DNA of 64,000 nucleotides from Lytechinus pictus (taxonomy: Eukaryota). Positions 49,201 to 62,297 of the stretch are shown piece after piece. Both the position numbers and the translations under genes were made by a program. The notes under the pieces are model-generated. The model was not told the DNA's origin, ran no database searches, and saw only the letters and a program-made list of their open reading frames with translations. The stretch covers positions 23,808,001-23,872,000 of the forward strand of contig NC_087250.1 in assembly GCF_037042905.1 (NCBI RefSeq), in the 5' to 3' direction. The stretch's first letter is position 1. Each line of letters begins with the position of its first letter.

Positions 49201-52200
49201 CAATGTAATGAAGTATAGAAATCAATCGTATGATCAAGCACTAAGCTTTGTGTTTCTGGGGTTCAGATTGGACTCTGGGTTAAACATGTGATGCATTGTG
49301 GTCCAGTGGATTAGTCTTCTGACTTTGAATCAGAGGGTCGTGGATTCGAATCCCAGCCATAGCGTAATTTCCTTCTGCAAGAAATTTATCCACATTGTGC
49401 TGCACTCAACCCAGGTGACGTAAATGGGAACCCGGCAGGAATAATTCTTTGAATGCACTGAGCGCTGAAAGGCAGCTCGAGCTAAAGCCGGGGGAATGGT
49501 AATGATAATAATAAACAATGCGCCTCGGAATAGATTATTTTTAGATAGATGGCACTATATAAATTCCTATTATTATGTATGAACAGCAGTATTTAGTTTC
49601 AGAAACAAATGGGATTAGAACTGTTACAATCAGTCATAATTACTATTTTCCCTTTGCTTTCAAGTTTGAAACTTGATTTAAGATCAATCCATCATGGCTC
49701 CATCTTACAAAGAGTTACAATTGATCCAATCAATCCTAACTATGGAAATCCATGTCGTAATTTTTTTCGACAGGAAATTTGCAAAATATCCTTTGTAAAC
49801 AAAGAAGAACACACCAAATTGTCAAGAAATCAATGAAGTTATGGATAAACATATCTATAATTTTTTTTGAACAAACATGCATTTTATATGTTGACTCTGC
49901 TGGCTTGCGATTGATTGGATCAATCGCAGCTCTTTGTAAGACAGGCCCCTGATGGATAAAGAACTAGGGGGTGTTTACACATATGTAAGTGTGACTAAAA
50001 TTTCCACTTGTCAAATCAGTCATGCGCAGCAGAATTGCTGTTTTGTCGTTTTATATCAACCATGCTATGCACAGGTGTGTACATACCTGTGCATAGCATG
50101 GAGCAAGGTTGTCTGTGCGTATGTAAGACTGTACACTGCATGCAAGCCAGACTTATGCCAGGTAGGGGGCTAACTTGGATTTAAGCAATATACTTTGTGA
50201 AACATGGCCTTTGAATAGCAAAAACATTTTACTTTGGCAGAATACTGAGTAAAATGCTTCGAATTCTGACATTTGTATGGAATCGAATTTCAGTCGTTTC
50301 ATACAGCTGTTCATAAGAGTGACTTTAAGAAGGATTGGTGACCCTTTCTTGTGGTAAATGATATTCACCGTTATATGTTGATTGGTGATTATTTAGAGTG
50401 TAAAAAAGGATCACCAGTCGTTCTTAAAGTCACTCTTAACTTACAAACAGCTTTATGAAACAGCCCCTAGACCTTGGAATAATTGATTGTCATAAACTAT
50501 TGTTTCGTTTGTTTGTAGACCTGACGATGACTGCTGTCCATTTGGTACCCTGACCCAGCGTCTCATCTCAGCTTTGGTTGAAGAGAATATCATGTGTCCT
50601 TTGGAAGAGGAGTTCCTCATGGATACCACTAAGGTAAGCCCAAAAATTCTACAATCAAAGGGGGAGGGGCAAAGTTGTTAACATATATGGCAGCCTGCAA
50701 CGAGTGGGACCATATTATAACCTTAGAGGCTGATGAATTCAAGCAAGAAAATATTCTGCTCAAATGGTCTTTCCATAGTTTGAATTTGTTTCATTTAAAG
50801 TTTGAAATGTGATATCATTTGAAAATTCTATCATAAACAATCATATTTCTTGGATTTCAAGTTCTAAAGCAGTTATATTGTTCATTTATTTTTTGTACAA
50901 CCGTTCTGACAAAATCAAACTGGTCCTGACAGTCAGGATCTGGGCCTCGTCTTACAAAGAGTTATGATTGATCCAATCAATCGAAACTCTATGACTATGG
51001 AAATCCATCAGGGTCATAATTTTTTCCTAGGGGAATTCGCAAAATGTCTCTTGTAAACAAAGGAGAACACACTAAATTGTCAAGAAATCAATGAATTAAT
51101 GGATATACATTCATATCTAGAATTTTTTTGAACAAATGTGCATTTTATACGTTGACTTTACTGGCTTTCCATAGTTGCGATTGATCAGATCAATCGCAAT
51201 CGTATGTTTGACTACGGACTCGGCACTAGGTAGGTTCCGATTCGCAATGTTCAGGTGGAATATTACTTCGCGAGTGTCTTGGTAGGAAGTTTACCTTTTC
51301 AAAGTAATAATGAAATGTAGGATAGTGAAATAGACACTTATTTCGCTTGATTTCTTTCTCTCCATTATTTCATGACAAACTCACCTCTTCAGTTTATTTT
51401 CACTTGGTGTAGTAGTAGATCGTCTCATTCTCAAATTGTCTAAAGGCCACCGCACACCTTACGATTGGTCTGCGACCCGATTTCAGAATAAAATGTAATA
51501 GAATTTGATGCTAAAATTGAGACTTGGAATATCTTACTGTGTAATGTTCTAAATCATCGTACGAATACCTATGATAAAATTCGTGACTATGATATCATCC
51601 TTCTCAGAATAAAAGCGAATTTAATATCTAGTCGTAATGACGTTATAGCAGTCGTACGATTGGCTACGATAACTAATTGAAATTAATTTGGACTTTACCA
51701 AGGACTTTCAATCTTTCAAAATTGTTATAATATTATTATTTCAATTAATTTTAACCTTAAATAAAATGATATGTTCCATTCACATCTTCAGAAAATGAGC
51801 AAAATGCGATTTGTTCCAAAATCGGGTCGCAGACCAGTCGTAAGGTGTGCGGTCGCCTTAACACCGTCATCGGTAAAACCCACTTGGTCTACTGTCAATT
51901 TCGTCAATTTGCCACTTGGTCCAATCATCACTTTAGCATCTGTCAGTTAGACTAATACTATGATGGTTTATTGTGGGATGTGATCATGTGACCAAACAAA
52001 AAGAAGAAAGAATGGGTGTATATTAATTGGCAGTTTGCATTTTTGTGTCCATTGTTTCTATATTACAGGAGGAGAATGGAACGATCACTGATGGGGGTAC
52101 GGCGACTTCTCCTAAGAATGGAAACCGACCGTTCACTGTCCCACACACCAAGGCGCTTGAAGCTAGAATAAAGGAGGAACTCCTGGCTCAAGGTGAGAAA

Positions 52201-53800
52201 CTGACAATTAATGATATTAATAATAAATCTACTGATGATGGTTTTGGTGGTGATGGTGATTATGGTGGTGTTGATGGTGATGATGTTCATGATGCATATT
52301 TTCATTATAGTTTCATTTTGTATACTGGATTTTTCTTAATGTACCATTAGTTTGATCATTATTACATTATTGTTTTTATGCTACATATGCAATTGTTATA
52401 CCTTTGTAAATACATACATATCAGCTTTTTAGCTGCAGTATGTGTATGATTGTTTTACTGGAAATAAATAAACCATGAAATGAAATGAAATGATGATGTT
52501 GATGGTGGTTGTGATGTTGTTGATGACGATGGCGAGGATGATGAGGATGATGGTGATGATGATAAAAAAATTTGGTGATAATGGTGATGAGAGTAATGAT
52601 ATTAAGTCATAACTGCTCACAGAAACAACAAGAAATCTGTATTTGCAATAACATTATGAAGTGGTTGAATGATTGATTTATTTTATTAATCGGATATACA
52701 GTTGAAAGTATCAAAATACCTAGACAGGATAGCCCATGAAAATCAATGTTTATTTCCAATGGGGCCCTCACCCAGTATCTTGAGTGGGTGGCGTTATTGT
52801 TACAATATCCTACTGCTTTACATCCCATCCACAGGACTGCTTGATATGGACGACCCAATGATCATGGGGGAGGAGGATGAAGTCTTGCTTGAGCTTCAGA
52901 AGAGACAAGAAGAACTGAAAGCTCTCTACGCCCACAACCGCTCTCAGAAACAACGCCTGGTCAAACTTGCCAAAGAGGAGATAAAGCGACAGGAACTCCG
53001 ACAGAAGCTACGTGCTGCCGACAATGAGGTGAGTAGACTTAAAAGATATTTGCCATCATCAACAACACTCTGACTTGGACTCCGTATGACATCTGCCTTG
53101 CCAAAGATGTTGCAAAGAGGCTACACATCCTGGGCCGTTGAATAGATGTCCTTCCATTCAAGGCAAGAGTCACCTCATGGCTGTACGCAGAAAATTTTTG
53201 CTGGGGAAGCAGTACGTGTCAACTTTTTCGAAAAAAGAACTCAACGCCAAGGAGTGAAGTGACCGAGCTTGTCATTTGGGTGCTTTTGCATTTGGTTAAC
53301 TGAAATTGAAGGATTTTGTGCATACTTTTGGTGAATTTGAGGAAAGTTTTCAGTATAAAAATGTAAGTTTTCAAAATTTCTTGAGGGGGCATCTGCCTCA
53401 TTGTCCCCCCCCCCATGCTGTGCACGGCCATGGCCACCCCGATTGCCTTAGCCCTTGAAAATAGAAAAAAGATCCCCAGAAAATCCCCATTCAACTCATT
53501 TGGTGTTGCAGATTAAGGCATTAGGTTATAAAAAGAGCCCCCCACCCCCTTCCCCCCCCCCAAAAAAAAATGCCTGTAAGGGACAGTTTCTGAGTGGATT
53601 ACCGTGGCTTATCATAGATAAAACTTGATATGTAATAATGTTAATGCTGACTTCTCATCTTCCCACAGTGCATTGACTACTACCGCCGAATTATGGCTGC
53701 CAAACAAAAGAAACGTTCGCCGACCAAGAAGGAACGAGATGCCGCTGCCAAAGCGCTCCGAGACCGGGAAGCGATCATCAAGCAATTGGATGCTCTTTGA
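43212..53800 (+). CDS. TADA3: Transcriptional adaptor 3 (SAGA/ATAC HAT module), 442 aa; exons 43212-43299, 45511-45686, 45923-46093, 46953-47202, 49038-49116, 50519-50633, 52069-52192, 52835-53028, 53669-53800
   Basis: HIDHKKSCPRYNAV, EELDCLQLELETML, RFWASVEPYCADIT, PSLGKHYSVRWAHEDLLEEQ, CPFGTLTQRLISALVEENI, LEARIKEELLAQGLL, DEVLLELQKRQEELKAL and KKRSPTKKERD. All introns are GT-AG and the phases are consistent (1329 nt). Confidence 0.95.
43583..44118. mobile_element. 536-bp near-perfect fold-back element with a 9-bp TSD, nested in an older MITE (about 43458-44165) in TADA3 intron 1
   Basis: CCTCCAGAC|TAACCCAG at the left and CTGGGTTA|CCTCCAGAC at the right. Arms of about 260 bp are almost perfect reverse complements around a short loop at about 43850-43860. 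Confidence 0.88.
48020..48428. mobile_element. MITE with CAGGGTTCCCA termini and internal ATCAGGGAA repeats
   Basis: CAGGGTTCCCAGC at the left and GCTGGGAACCCTG at the right; ATTTA flanks both sides. Confidence 0.7.
48560..49075 (+). repeat. Tandem repeats of about 90 bp copying the TADA3 exon 5 splice acceptor and exon start
   Basis: TTGTCCTATGTAG|GTGGTAGAATCACAGACAAGAAGAAAGGACC occurs with acceptors at 48661, 48751 and 48841, plus degenerate copies. The complete exon starts at 49038. Confidence 0.9.
49290..49576 (+). mobile_element. tRNA-derived SINE; partial copies at about 46650-46812 and 22630-22700 (minus)
   Basis: A-box TGGTCCAGTGG and B-box GATTCGAATCC, body GCACTCAACCCAGG...GAAAGGCAGCTCGAGCTAA, and a (TAT)n tail. 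Confidence 0.85.
51444..51858. mobile_element. PIF/Harbinger-like MITE with TAA duplication
   Basis: TAA|AGGCCACCGCACACCTTACGA at the left and TCGTAAGGTGTGCGGTCGCCT|TAA at the right. Confidence 0.75.
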
Positions 53801-54831
53801 ACTCTGCGTTGCTCTGGACTTTAAGAGGAACCTCGGAATCAGGGTCCATCAGGAAATAAAGTTCAGACTTTGATATTGGACAAGAGTTAAAAGTGGATGT
53901 TTGTTCAGGGTATGTGGTGTAAATGATGTTTGCTGACTCACATAATTATTTATGTATGGTAACTGTACATACAACCTCCTGTACATCAGTATATACAACC
54001 TCCTGTTCATCAGCAAAACACATACATATGCCTGTATTTGCTTAGGTTATATGGAGAAAGTGTCATTTTTGCTGACTCACATGTACATATTTGTGTATGG
54101 TAACAGTAAGTGTTATAATAATAATAATAATTTTTTTTTTTTTTTTCCCTATGCGTTCTCTTGCCCAGGGTTGCGCTGCAAGTCATTCTGCGCTGTAGTT
54201 AGCACAGCTACCAAGTAGTACTAATTTTCAGTATTTAGTACTGAAGAATGAGAAGAATACTATTGGTTTCATGCAAATTACTGATATCTTAAGTTCAGTT
54301 TTATGTGTTTTCCTATGGTATTTCTTTGAAAATACTGATTTCCTCACCAAAATACTGATTTTCAGCGTTTAAAATACTGAAATGTTCATGTTTTGGTTGG
54401 CGGCTCTGATTTAGGTGGCCATTGCAGTTTGGAGAGGTGGCAAGTCTCATGTTGCTCTGTGTGAGACTCAATAGTCTCTAGTAGCTTGGTTTCATGTCAT
54501 TTTTTCCTATGACAATTTCAACTGAAAATGCGTATACAAGCCTGGGCCCATCTTTCAAAGAGTTAAGATTGATCAGGGCCCCGTCTTACAAAGAGTTACG
54601 ATTGATCCAATCAATCTCAAATATATGGAAATGCATCATTGTCATCATTTTTCATTTAGGAAATTTGCTCAATGTCCATTGAAAACAAAGAGAAGCATAC
54701 TGAATTGTCAAGAAAACAGTGAACGTATGAATATTTCTAGAAAATACTTTGAACAAACATATAGCTTTCCTTGAACATCATGGTACTGGGGCTTTGTAAC
54801 ACAAAAATCAACAATTGATCTTTTCTGATTT

Positions 54832-55310
54832 TAATAATAATAATAATGTGTCTTATAAAGTGCCAAATCCACTCTGTAGAGTGCTCAAGGCGCATAAAGA
54901 GCTAAGAGTTAAATAAAAAAGTTTTTAGAAGATTTTTGAAAGTCTCGACAGATGTACATTTTTTATGTCTTCAGGAAGGCTATTCCATAAAGTGGGGGAT
55001 GCAAAAGCAAATGATCTTTCCCCCAAAGTTTTGAAACTTTTGGAATAACAAGGAGGCCAGAAGTGAATGAGCGCACAGACCTGCTTGGTCTCTTGTAATT
55101 GATAAATGAAAGACTGTATTGTGGTGCTGATCCAAGAATACTATGAAAAGCAAGCAACAAAATCTTAAAGATAATCTGATTTTTGGTAGGGAGCCAGTGC
55201 AGCGAATTCAAGATGGGAGTGATATGAGAGTGTTTATTTGACAAAGTAACAATAAGAGCAGCTGCATTATGAAGCTTCTAAAGCTTCTTTATATAAATGA
55301 GACTGCGGTA
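54832..55310 (-). mobile_element. 3' fragment of an L2-like LINE
   Basis: Minus-strand ORF HITPILNSLHWLP...IIFKILLL, followed by a GCGCCTTGAGCA 3' motif and an (ATT)n tail. Confidence 0.8.
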
Positions 55311-58300
55311 AATTGAAATTTTTAAATACTGCAATGTTCTTTACAGGTTGCCAGCTCTGGAAAGAGAGCAAAGGAGAGAGAGAGAGTGTGTGTAAAAGGA
55401 TGAAATGTGTATAATGTATTGTTGAACCAGGGTACTAGTTATTCATTTGTACATCATTAGGATATTCAGGAGCCTATTTAACAAAACCTGTTATAAAGTG
55501 CAAGTTACACACTATTGTTGTAAGCTACTAAACTGTATCCATATGATAGGATGAGAGCAAACTCCTTGCAATAACAAGTTTTGTGAAACAGGGCGCCATC
55601 GCTGTTATGAATATGTTTTGTCAGTGTATATCATTCAACTCAATATTGGTGCAGTACATGTACAATGTAATTGATTGCATGTACAATTTGTATTCATAAA
55701 CAGTAAAACATTGCATGATGATAAAGGCAGTAACATTGATAAATCTAAATCACTGATTCAGCTTTATAGATCATAATTGCAAGTCAGTTGAAAATCAACT
55801 GAGTTTTATATGCCAAGTGGTCAGTTATTTATCAACATATTCATGATGTTGGACGAAAGTCTGAATTCAGACTAAACTTTTTCCAGCCGTAGAAAGCACA
55901 TTCTGGTGTAGAATATGATGTGGGTATACCACAGGGGTGTGAGAGTTTAGATTTTTAGCTGATTTCAGATTTTTTTGTTTTGATTTTCAGCTTAATTTCA
56001 GCTTATTTTGGGCTTTCCTCTGTACAAAAACTATGGGAGCTCTTTCTATTTCAGACTTTTTCAACACTCTTCAGCTTTTTTCAGAACTTTTTATTTGTGA
56101 CCACTGACACCACTGGCAGACAAGAGACAAGGCTCATATCGATTCAACAAGGATTCTGTTGCATACTGTATTTTATCATTCTAATTCTGTCATTGCGGCA
56201 ACTGCCAGAAAATCTTTGATTTTAATTCACTTTTTGTCCAGTGTTACAGTGGCAATTTAAATTACCATCATTCTAACTTTATGTTACTATGGTAATTTAC
56301 TATTATTCTATCTCTACAATCATTGATTGTTGATCATTGTTACCATGGCAATTACCTTTGACAGCAAAGTTAAATTTTTGCAAGTTGGTTGACTTAGGGC
56401 AGATTTATCTGTATCTGTGTTTGTATTTCAAACTGCAATCATGCTGTATAGACTTATGTGTTTTGTACAAAATTCATTTGGTAGAAAAATGAAACGCCAA
56501 GAAATGAAAAAGCCAAGAAGTGGATAAATTCAATAAATCATTTCTTATTCCAAAGCCGTCTTCGTCAGTCTATTATTTCCTCATGACCCATCTTTGTTTT
56601 TTTTCTTTTCTTGTGTCATATTTTTTATTTATTTTTTCTGTGTGTGAATGATTGTGTGCAAAATATTGATAATTGAGTGGTCATTCATTGATTTATAGCA
56701 ACCTGTCTCCTCTTGCAGAAAGGGTTCTATTCAAGCATACAGTACAATCTGCATGGGTCAAACTTAAAGTCGAATAATCGCCTAACTTTAAGGTTATTTC
56801 AAACCAGCGGCCCGTAACACAAAGCTTAGCAATGATCGTAGAGCATTTTTCTACGATTGATTCCATTGACTACAGTGTACAATCAATCGTAAAAATCAAG
56901 CATACGATTAATTGCTAACCTTTGTGTTACGGGACCCTGGTCCCCGTTTTATTGCCATCTAATGGTAACTTGCATGGAATCCTTGATTCTGATTGGCTGT
57001 TGATCATCGTTACTATGGTATTTACCATTGGATGTCAAAGTTACCATAATAGTAGCTTTTATGCAACAGCCCTGAATAGGCAACACAAGTTAAGAACATT
57101 TTTTAAGTTGACATTCAAGAGAGGTAAAAAGGGGGCTGAGAGAGACGAGATAAAGGGGCGGGGGGGGGGGGGAGGAGGCAGGGAAAGGGGTAGGCAGAGA
57201 GAAGGGGGTGGTGTAGAGATCGATAAATAGAGCTAGAGAGAGAAGTGGGGAGAATTGAGAATTTGAAAGTGAATTTGGTCCAATTGTTCTTTGATGTAGT
57301 ACCCACTTAATTATACTACACAGGGTGATATCAGTTTCGGTGTTGACATTTCGGTATTGGTGTCGGGCCATTTTTTTAAATCAGTAGAGCAACAATCTTA
57401 AATGAATCATTTGATTAAATGAGTGAGTTATGGGATGAATCTTTTTACAAATTGAAATGAGGTTTTAGAGCAAAGGCACTTTACATTCTGCTTCCAACGC
57501 CTACACCACTATCAACATCGAACTTGAATCCCTTAATGCGTTACATGTACTTAGTTTTATAAGCAATTTTGTCTATTGTGATTTGGTATTTCATCTCTTT
57601 TCCTAATCAGAATTATCAGATTCCCCTTCCCCAAATAAGAATGTAATGTTGAATGGTGTAAGGCAAACATTGGGAGAGGGTCATATTGTCTCTTCCATTC
57701 TTCCACTCCTGACCATGTCAAAAAAATCTAGATATATATTGCTGTGCCTCACAATAATAATAAGTTGCAGAAATTAATATCTAATGCATTGAATCACTTG
57801 TCAATCAATATTTTTAATTCTTGGACAAAATAGTAATATAATTTCATATCATAGAATACAAAAGAATAAGCAGGAATATGAGATCGGGGGGAGGGGGGGG
57901 TGTCTCATCAAAATTTTCATCCGACAAGTTGTCAGATATGACATCTTTCTCTGATGTTGATTGGCTGAGAGGTACTGTTACTATGGTAACTGTCAGATAA
58001 AATGGGACTTGTCTGATAAAACTTCCGACAAGTCCTTTCATGAAACGCTCCCCAGGGCTCCGTTTCATAAAACTTATTGTAATAACAAATATACAATAAC
58101 AGTTAAAAGCTACTGAAATCCTTCAATCTGGTTGGTTGATAGCACATTTGTTCTAGAATTGTGCATTTGTTATTACAAGTCTTTATGAAATGGGATGCAG
58201 ATCTGCTTGCTTATTACATATTCTCAAAGACATGCATAAAACTGCTTCACCAAAGTATTGCAAAATTTTCAAATGTCATAACTTTGTTATTCCTTGTCCG

Positions 58301-60255
58301 ATTTCGATGAAATTTTCAGTATTTTGTTTGTCTGATTTTTACTCTTTCTGTTCAACTCAAACTATTTTCTGCCTGGAGTACCCCTAATTTTGCCTATTAA
58401 AGTGAGAGTTAACTACATGACAGAGACAGTTTATTATGCAATAAAACATGAAGTAAAGTATTTATTTACAATATATTGGAAAACATTTCACATTTCAATT
58501 ATCAGGCTACATGTACATTTTAGTTAAAATACTCAACATTTTTACAATATCAATGCTCGGACAGAGACATTTAAGGAATTTCTCCTTCTGGATTCTGATC
58601 CATGAAGATATCAAATTATGAAAACGAAATAGGTACATGGGCTTTGATGCTATTGGATAAAGAATGAGAACGGACTAAAAATTACTGAGGGTCTAATTCA
58701 AAGAACCTAGAATTGTTGTCTTTTGTGTGGTTTATGAAGTAATATCGTACAGCACATACTTAGGAACAACTTGTCTTTTCTGGGGATTTTAAATTTCTGA
58801 CATTGACAGCCCACACAGTTCAGCAGATCAACCAATGATGCAGTGATTGAAGTTTTTGTTCTCGTTGTACAGATTGTGATAATTCAATTGTAATAAAAGA
58901 AAAAATCACTTTGTCCTAATTTCAAAGAAGAGAACCTCGAGCTGTAGGAACAAGACAAAACAAAAAGTATACCTATACATGTAGGTCATAATTGCCTTTG
59001 AAAACTAAAGGCAAAGATTTTAATAAATAGGATACTGTTGTTTGTTCAATGGTAGGAGAAGTGGAAATGAAGCAGTCTGAAATGCTTCAATATCTAAATC
59101 ACTACCCGAGTATAAAACCAGCTCTTGATGTATCACTTTCACATCTAACTTCCATTTCAATGTCATTTTCACTTCTGTCTTTACTCTCTGATGGTTTCTC
59201 CTGTACAATGATATCTACATCATCAACAACCATGCGTCTTAGCGTTATTTGCCTGTCTCTATTTTCTAAGCAGGCTTCCCTTGTTCAACGATATCATTAC
59301 CGTATCAACGTTGTCAACCACTATGCGTCTCTGTTCAACCCAGGGGCGGATCCAAGATTTTCCAAAAAGGGGGCACATTTTTCGGAGGAAAATTTTGACA
59401 AGCCCCCCCCCCCCAAAAAAAGGTTTTCAACCACAAATTAGGGATATTTCCTACCCGAAAAAATTTGACAAGCCCCCCCCCCAAAAAAAAAGTCTTCAAT
59501 TTCAAAAGAGGGGGCACACCTCGGTTTCAATGGCATTTTTTCATTACAAATTTTAATTTTTCTTCTCACAAGGGGGGGGGGGGGGGCACGTGCCCCCCTG
59601 GATCCGCGCCTGGTTCGTTCCCAGTGTTGCGCTGATTGAGCAGGGGTGTTTCCATTTGCCCGTCTTTTCTTTCTGAGCAAGATTCTCCTGTGCAATAATA
59701 TCTACATTGACAATAACCCCGGGGGGGGGGGGGGGGGCACTCAGTATATAATGCATAGTGGGTATGTGCCGCGGAGGGGACCCTCATTTTTACACTCAAA
59801 TTTCCGTTCCAAGGCATAGCATTTTCGTCTTGAGAAAAAGAACAAAGAAAGCCGCTCCAAAGTATAGCATTTTCTTCTCATCGAGAAAAAAGAAGAAATC
59901 CACTCCAAAACTTCGCATTTTTTTTGTTACGCCGTTCCGGTCGCATTGATCTGCTACAATAAGCTGCAATTTTGGTGAAAAGCAGCCGCCGACCATTGTC
60001 TCTGCGCGAGCGCCGGCGAGCGCACCCGGCGGCCGTGCCGACGGGCTAGCTGCATCATGCACGCATGCCCGTTCCATAGGGATGCATAGCACTCACACGC
60101 TGGCGATCCGTTCCGAGGACCCTCCTTTTTACAATAATTATTCTTCACTTGCCAGTCTTTTAAAACTAATGTTCAATAATATCCACATTGACATTAACAA
60201 AAACCCCAGTATGTCCGTTAAACCCCAGCTTTGCCCAGCTGGTACTCAGTATTTT

Positions 60256-60870
60256 TCACTTGCCAGTCTTTGCTTTCTTAGCTGGCCTTCCCAGTGCTGG
60301 TTTACCCTGCGGTGGTTTTCCCTGTTCAATAATATCCACATCAACATTGGCGACCACCAGGTAAGTCTGTTCGCCTCCGGTGTTACGCAATTTGAACGAC
60401 GATCCTTCAGGAAGGGGCTTGTTCTGATCTGAATGCTGGAAGATTACCATCAGGGAGTTCTTCTTCCCCTCCAACATACCCAGCGGAACGTTCCGTTTCC
60501 TTGTAATAACACAGTCCTTCTCCGGATGAGTGATGACTGGACCAGATGGCTTCGCAGGTTTTTTACTCCCTTCAACGTAAACGACGTCCGATTCATTATC
60601 ATCTTTTTTCTCCTTGGACCCTTTCTTGGAAGAGGCACCCTTCTTGTCTTCTGCAGCATCTTTGGTCCGACTCTCAATTTTCTGTCCCTCTGCTGAAATT
60701 GTCTCTTCCTTGTTTGAGATGGTTCCATTTGCAATCTCTTCCTTATGCGCTGTTTTGTAGTGGGTGAGAAGCTGAGGCACTGTTCGTGAGCGAGAGCCGC
60801 AGCGTGTACAGGCAAAGAATACCTCGCATGGCAGAGAAGAAGACTTCTTCTCTTTCTGAGGCGGACTCAT
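60256..60870 (-). CDS. 204-aa lysine-rich protein with one C2H2 zinc finger; single coding exon (acceptor at 60954), function unknown
   Basis: FACTRCGSRSRTVPQLLTHYKTAH fits C-x2-C-x12-H-x4-H. An in-frame TAA lies three codons upstream of the ATG, and a polypyrimidine/CAG acceptor lies 83 nt upstream. Confidence 0.6.
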   Translation of the reverse strand: MSPPQKEKKSSSLPCEVFFACTRCGSRSRTVPQLLTHYKTAHKEEIANGTISNKEETISAEGQKIESRTKDAAEDKKGASSKKGSKEKKDDNESDVVYVEGSKKPAKPSGPVITHPEKDCVITRKRNVPLGMLEGKKNSLMVIFQHSDQNKPLPEGSSFKLRNTGGEQTYLVVANVDVDIIEQGKPPQGKPALGRPAKKAKTGK

Positions 60871-61279
60871 TTTAAGTTAGTATCTCTCGCTAGTGATCAA
60901 GGAGTCAGGGAGGATTCAACCTACATGTATGCTCTTGTCTTTCACATTGATACCTGTAAAAAAGGGAAGTAAATTAGTGTTACAAGCAGCACTTCTTTGA
61001 AGTTGTTACAGTATACTCTGAGAAAAAGCCAATCTTCCATATTAAAATCAAATAGTTGGCTTACTTAAAACTTTATAAAGACTAGAAATAGACAATCAAA
61101 CATGTCTTATTTACATCATCAAAGTGAAATTTCACAATTTCAACTTGAAGTCTAACCGGTCACTGACTTCTGTTGTCCCTATTAGTATTATAGGCATAGG
61201 CAGCACTAGTCACGGATCTGTATCAACAATTTTTGTTTTCATTTTAATCATCATCATAATCAATTAAGGCATATCATCC

Positions 61280-61523
61280 NNNNNNNNNNNNNNNNNNNNN
61301 NNNNNNNNNNNNNNNNNNNNNNNNNNNNNNNNNNNNNNNNNNNNNNNNNNNNNNNNNNNNNNNNNNNNNNNNNNNNNNNNNNNNNNNNNNNNNNNNNNNN
61401 NNNNNNNNNNNNNNNNNNNNNNNNNNNNNNNNNNNNNNNNNNNNNNNNNNNNNNNNNNNNNNNNNNNNNNNNNNNNNNNNNNNNNNNNNNNNNNNNNNNN
61501 NNNNNNNNNNNNNNNNNNNNNNN
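61280..61523. other. Assembly gap (N run)
   Basis: Run of N. Confidence 1.
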
Positions 61524-62208
61524 CTCATGAGAGCATCAGACAACCCATGAATTGCACAATTATGATACTCAATGACACAAAACAGGGAAAGACTTTGGAA
61601 GAGTTCATTTTGCGACAACCACCCCATATTTTCGTTAGGAGTAGGAACTTTTTGTGTGGCTGTCGCAAACGGAAGTCTTCCCCGGAGTCCCCCCCCCCCC
61701 CCCTCCAAAAAAGTCACACTCACCACTCACCATGCTCACATTCACAACTCAGCTCACAATCACCTAATTTAAAAATTCAAAAAAGTGATTAAGTTAGATT
61801 CAGATCTAAAGTTAGTCACATGATCACACGCACACTCACTCTGACTCAGCATCACACACAGAAGAAGAGAGCTTACCCCTTACTAAGTTAGTAACTTAGA
61901 ATCCGATGCAATCAATCCATTCCAAAATTCTTAATCTGACTTGAAATTGGTAGGCCTATATGACTTAATTACATGTATGAGAGCTATAGTATTAGTATTA
62001 TTAGACTCCCTACAGTCTCTTATCCAATATCATTGCTCAAGTAAGGTATTTTCTTGATACAACAAAAATAAAATTCAACATACATTTATTTTTATTGAAA
62101 TCAATGTAATATTTTTTAGAAATCTATTTTTTAAAGGAATAAAATGGTGTAATTCAAAAGAAAAATGATAAGAACGTCTGTACCTTGAAAATATATTCCA
62201 AATCCAAG

Positions 62209-62297
62209 ATGGCAGCCTCCATGGTAAATAAAGTGTTGGCTTCAGGGCGTTACCACGATGTGTTATCCATTCTTAAAGGCCTTCGAAATGGTGCAGT
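62209..62297 (+). CDS. PXMP4: Peroxisomal membrane protein 4, coding exon 1 (gene continues beyond the window)
   Basis: MAASMVNKVLASGRYHDVLSILKGLRNGAV, then donor GTGAGT at 62298. This matches my recollection of the PXMP4 N-terminus (RYHAALAVLKGFRNGAV). Too short to appear in the ORF track. Confidence 0.8.

Noticed and set aside
49290-49365. tRNA gene
   Set aside because: The A/B boxes run straight into a SINE body and (TAT)n tail, and partial copies occur elsewhere in the window.
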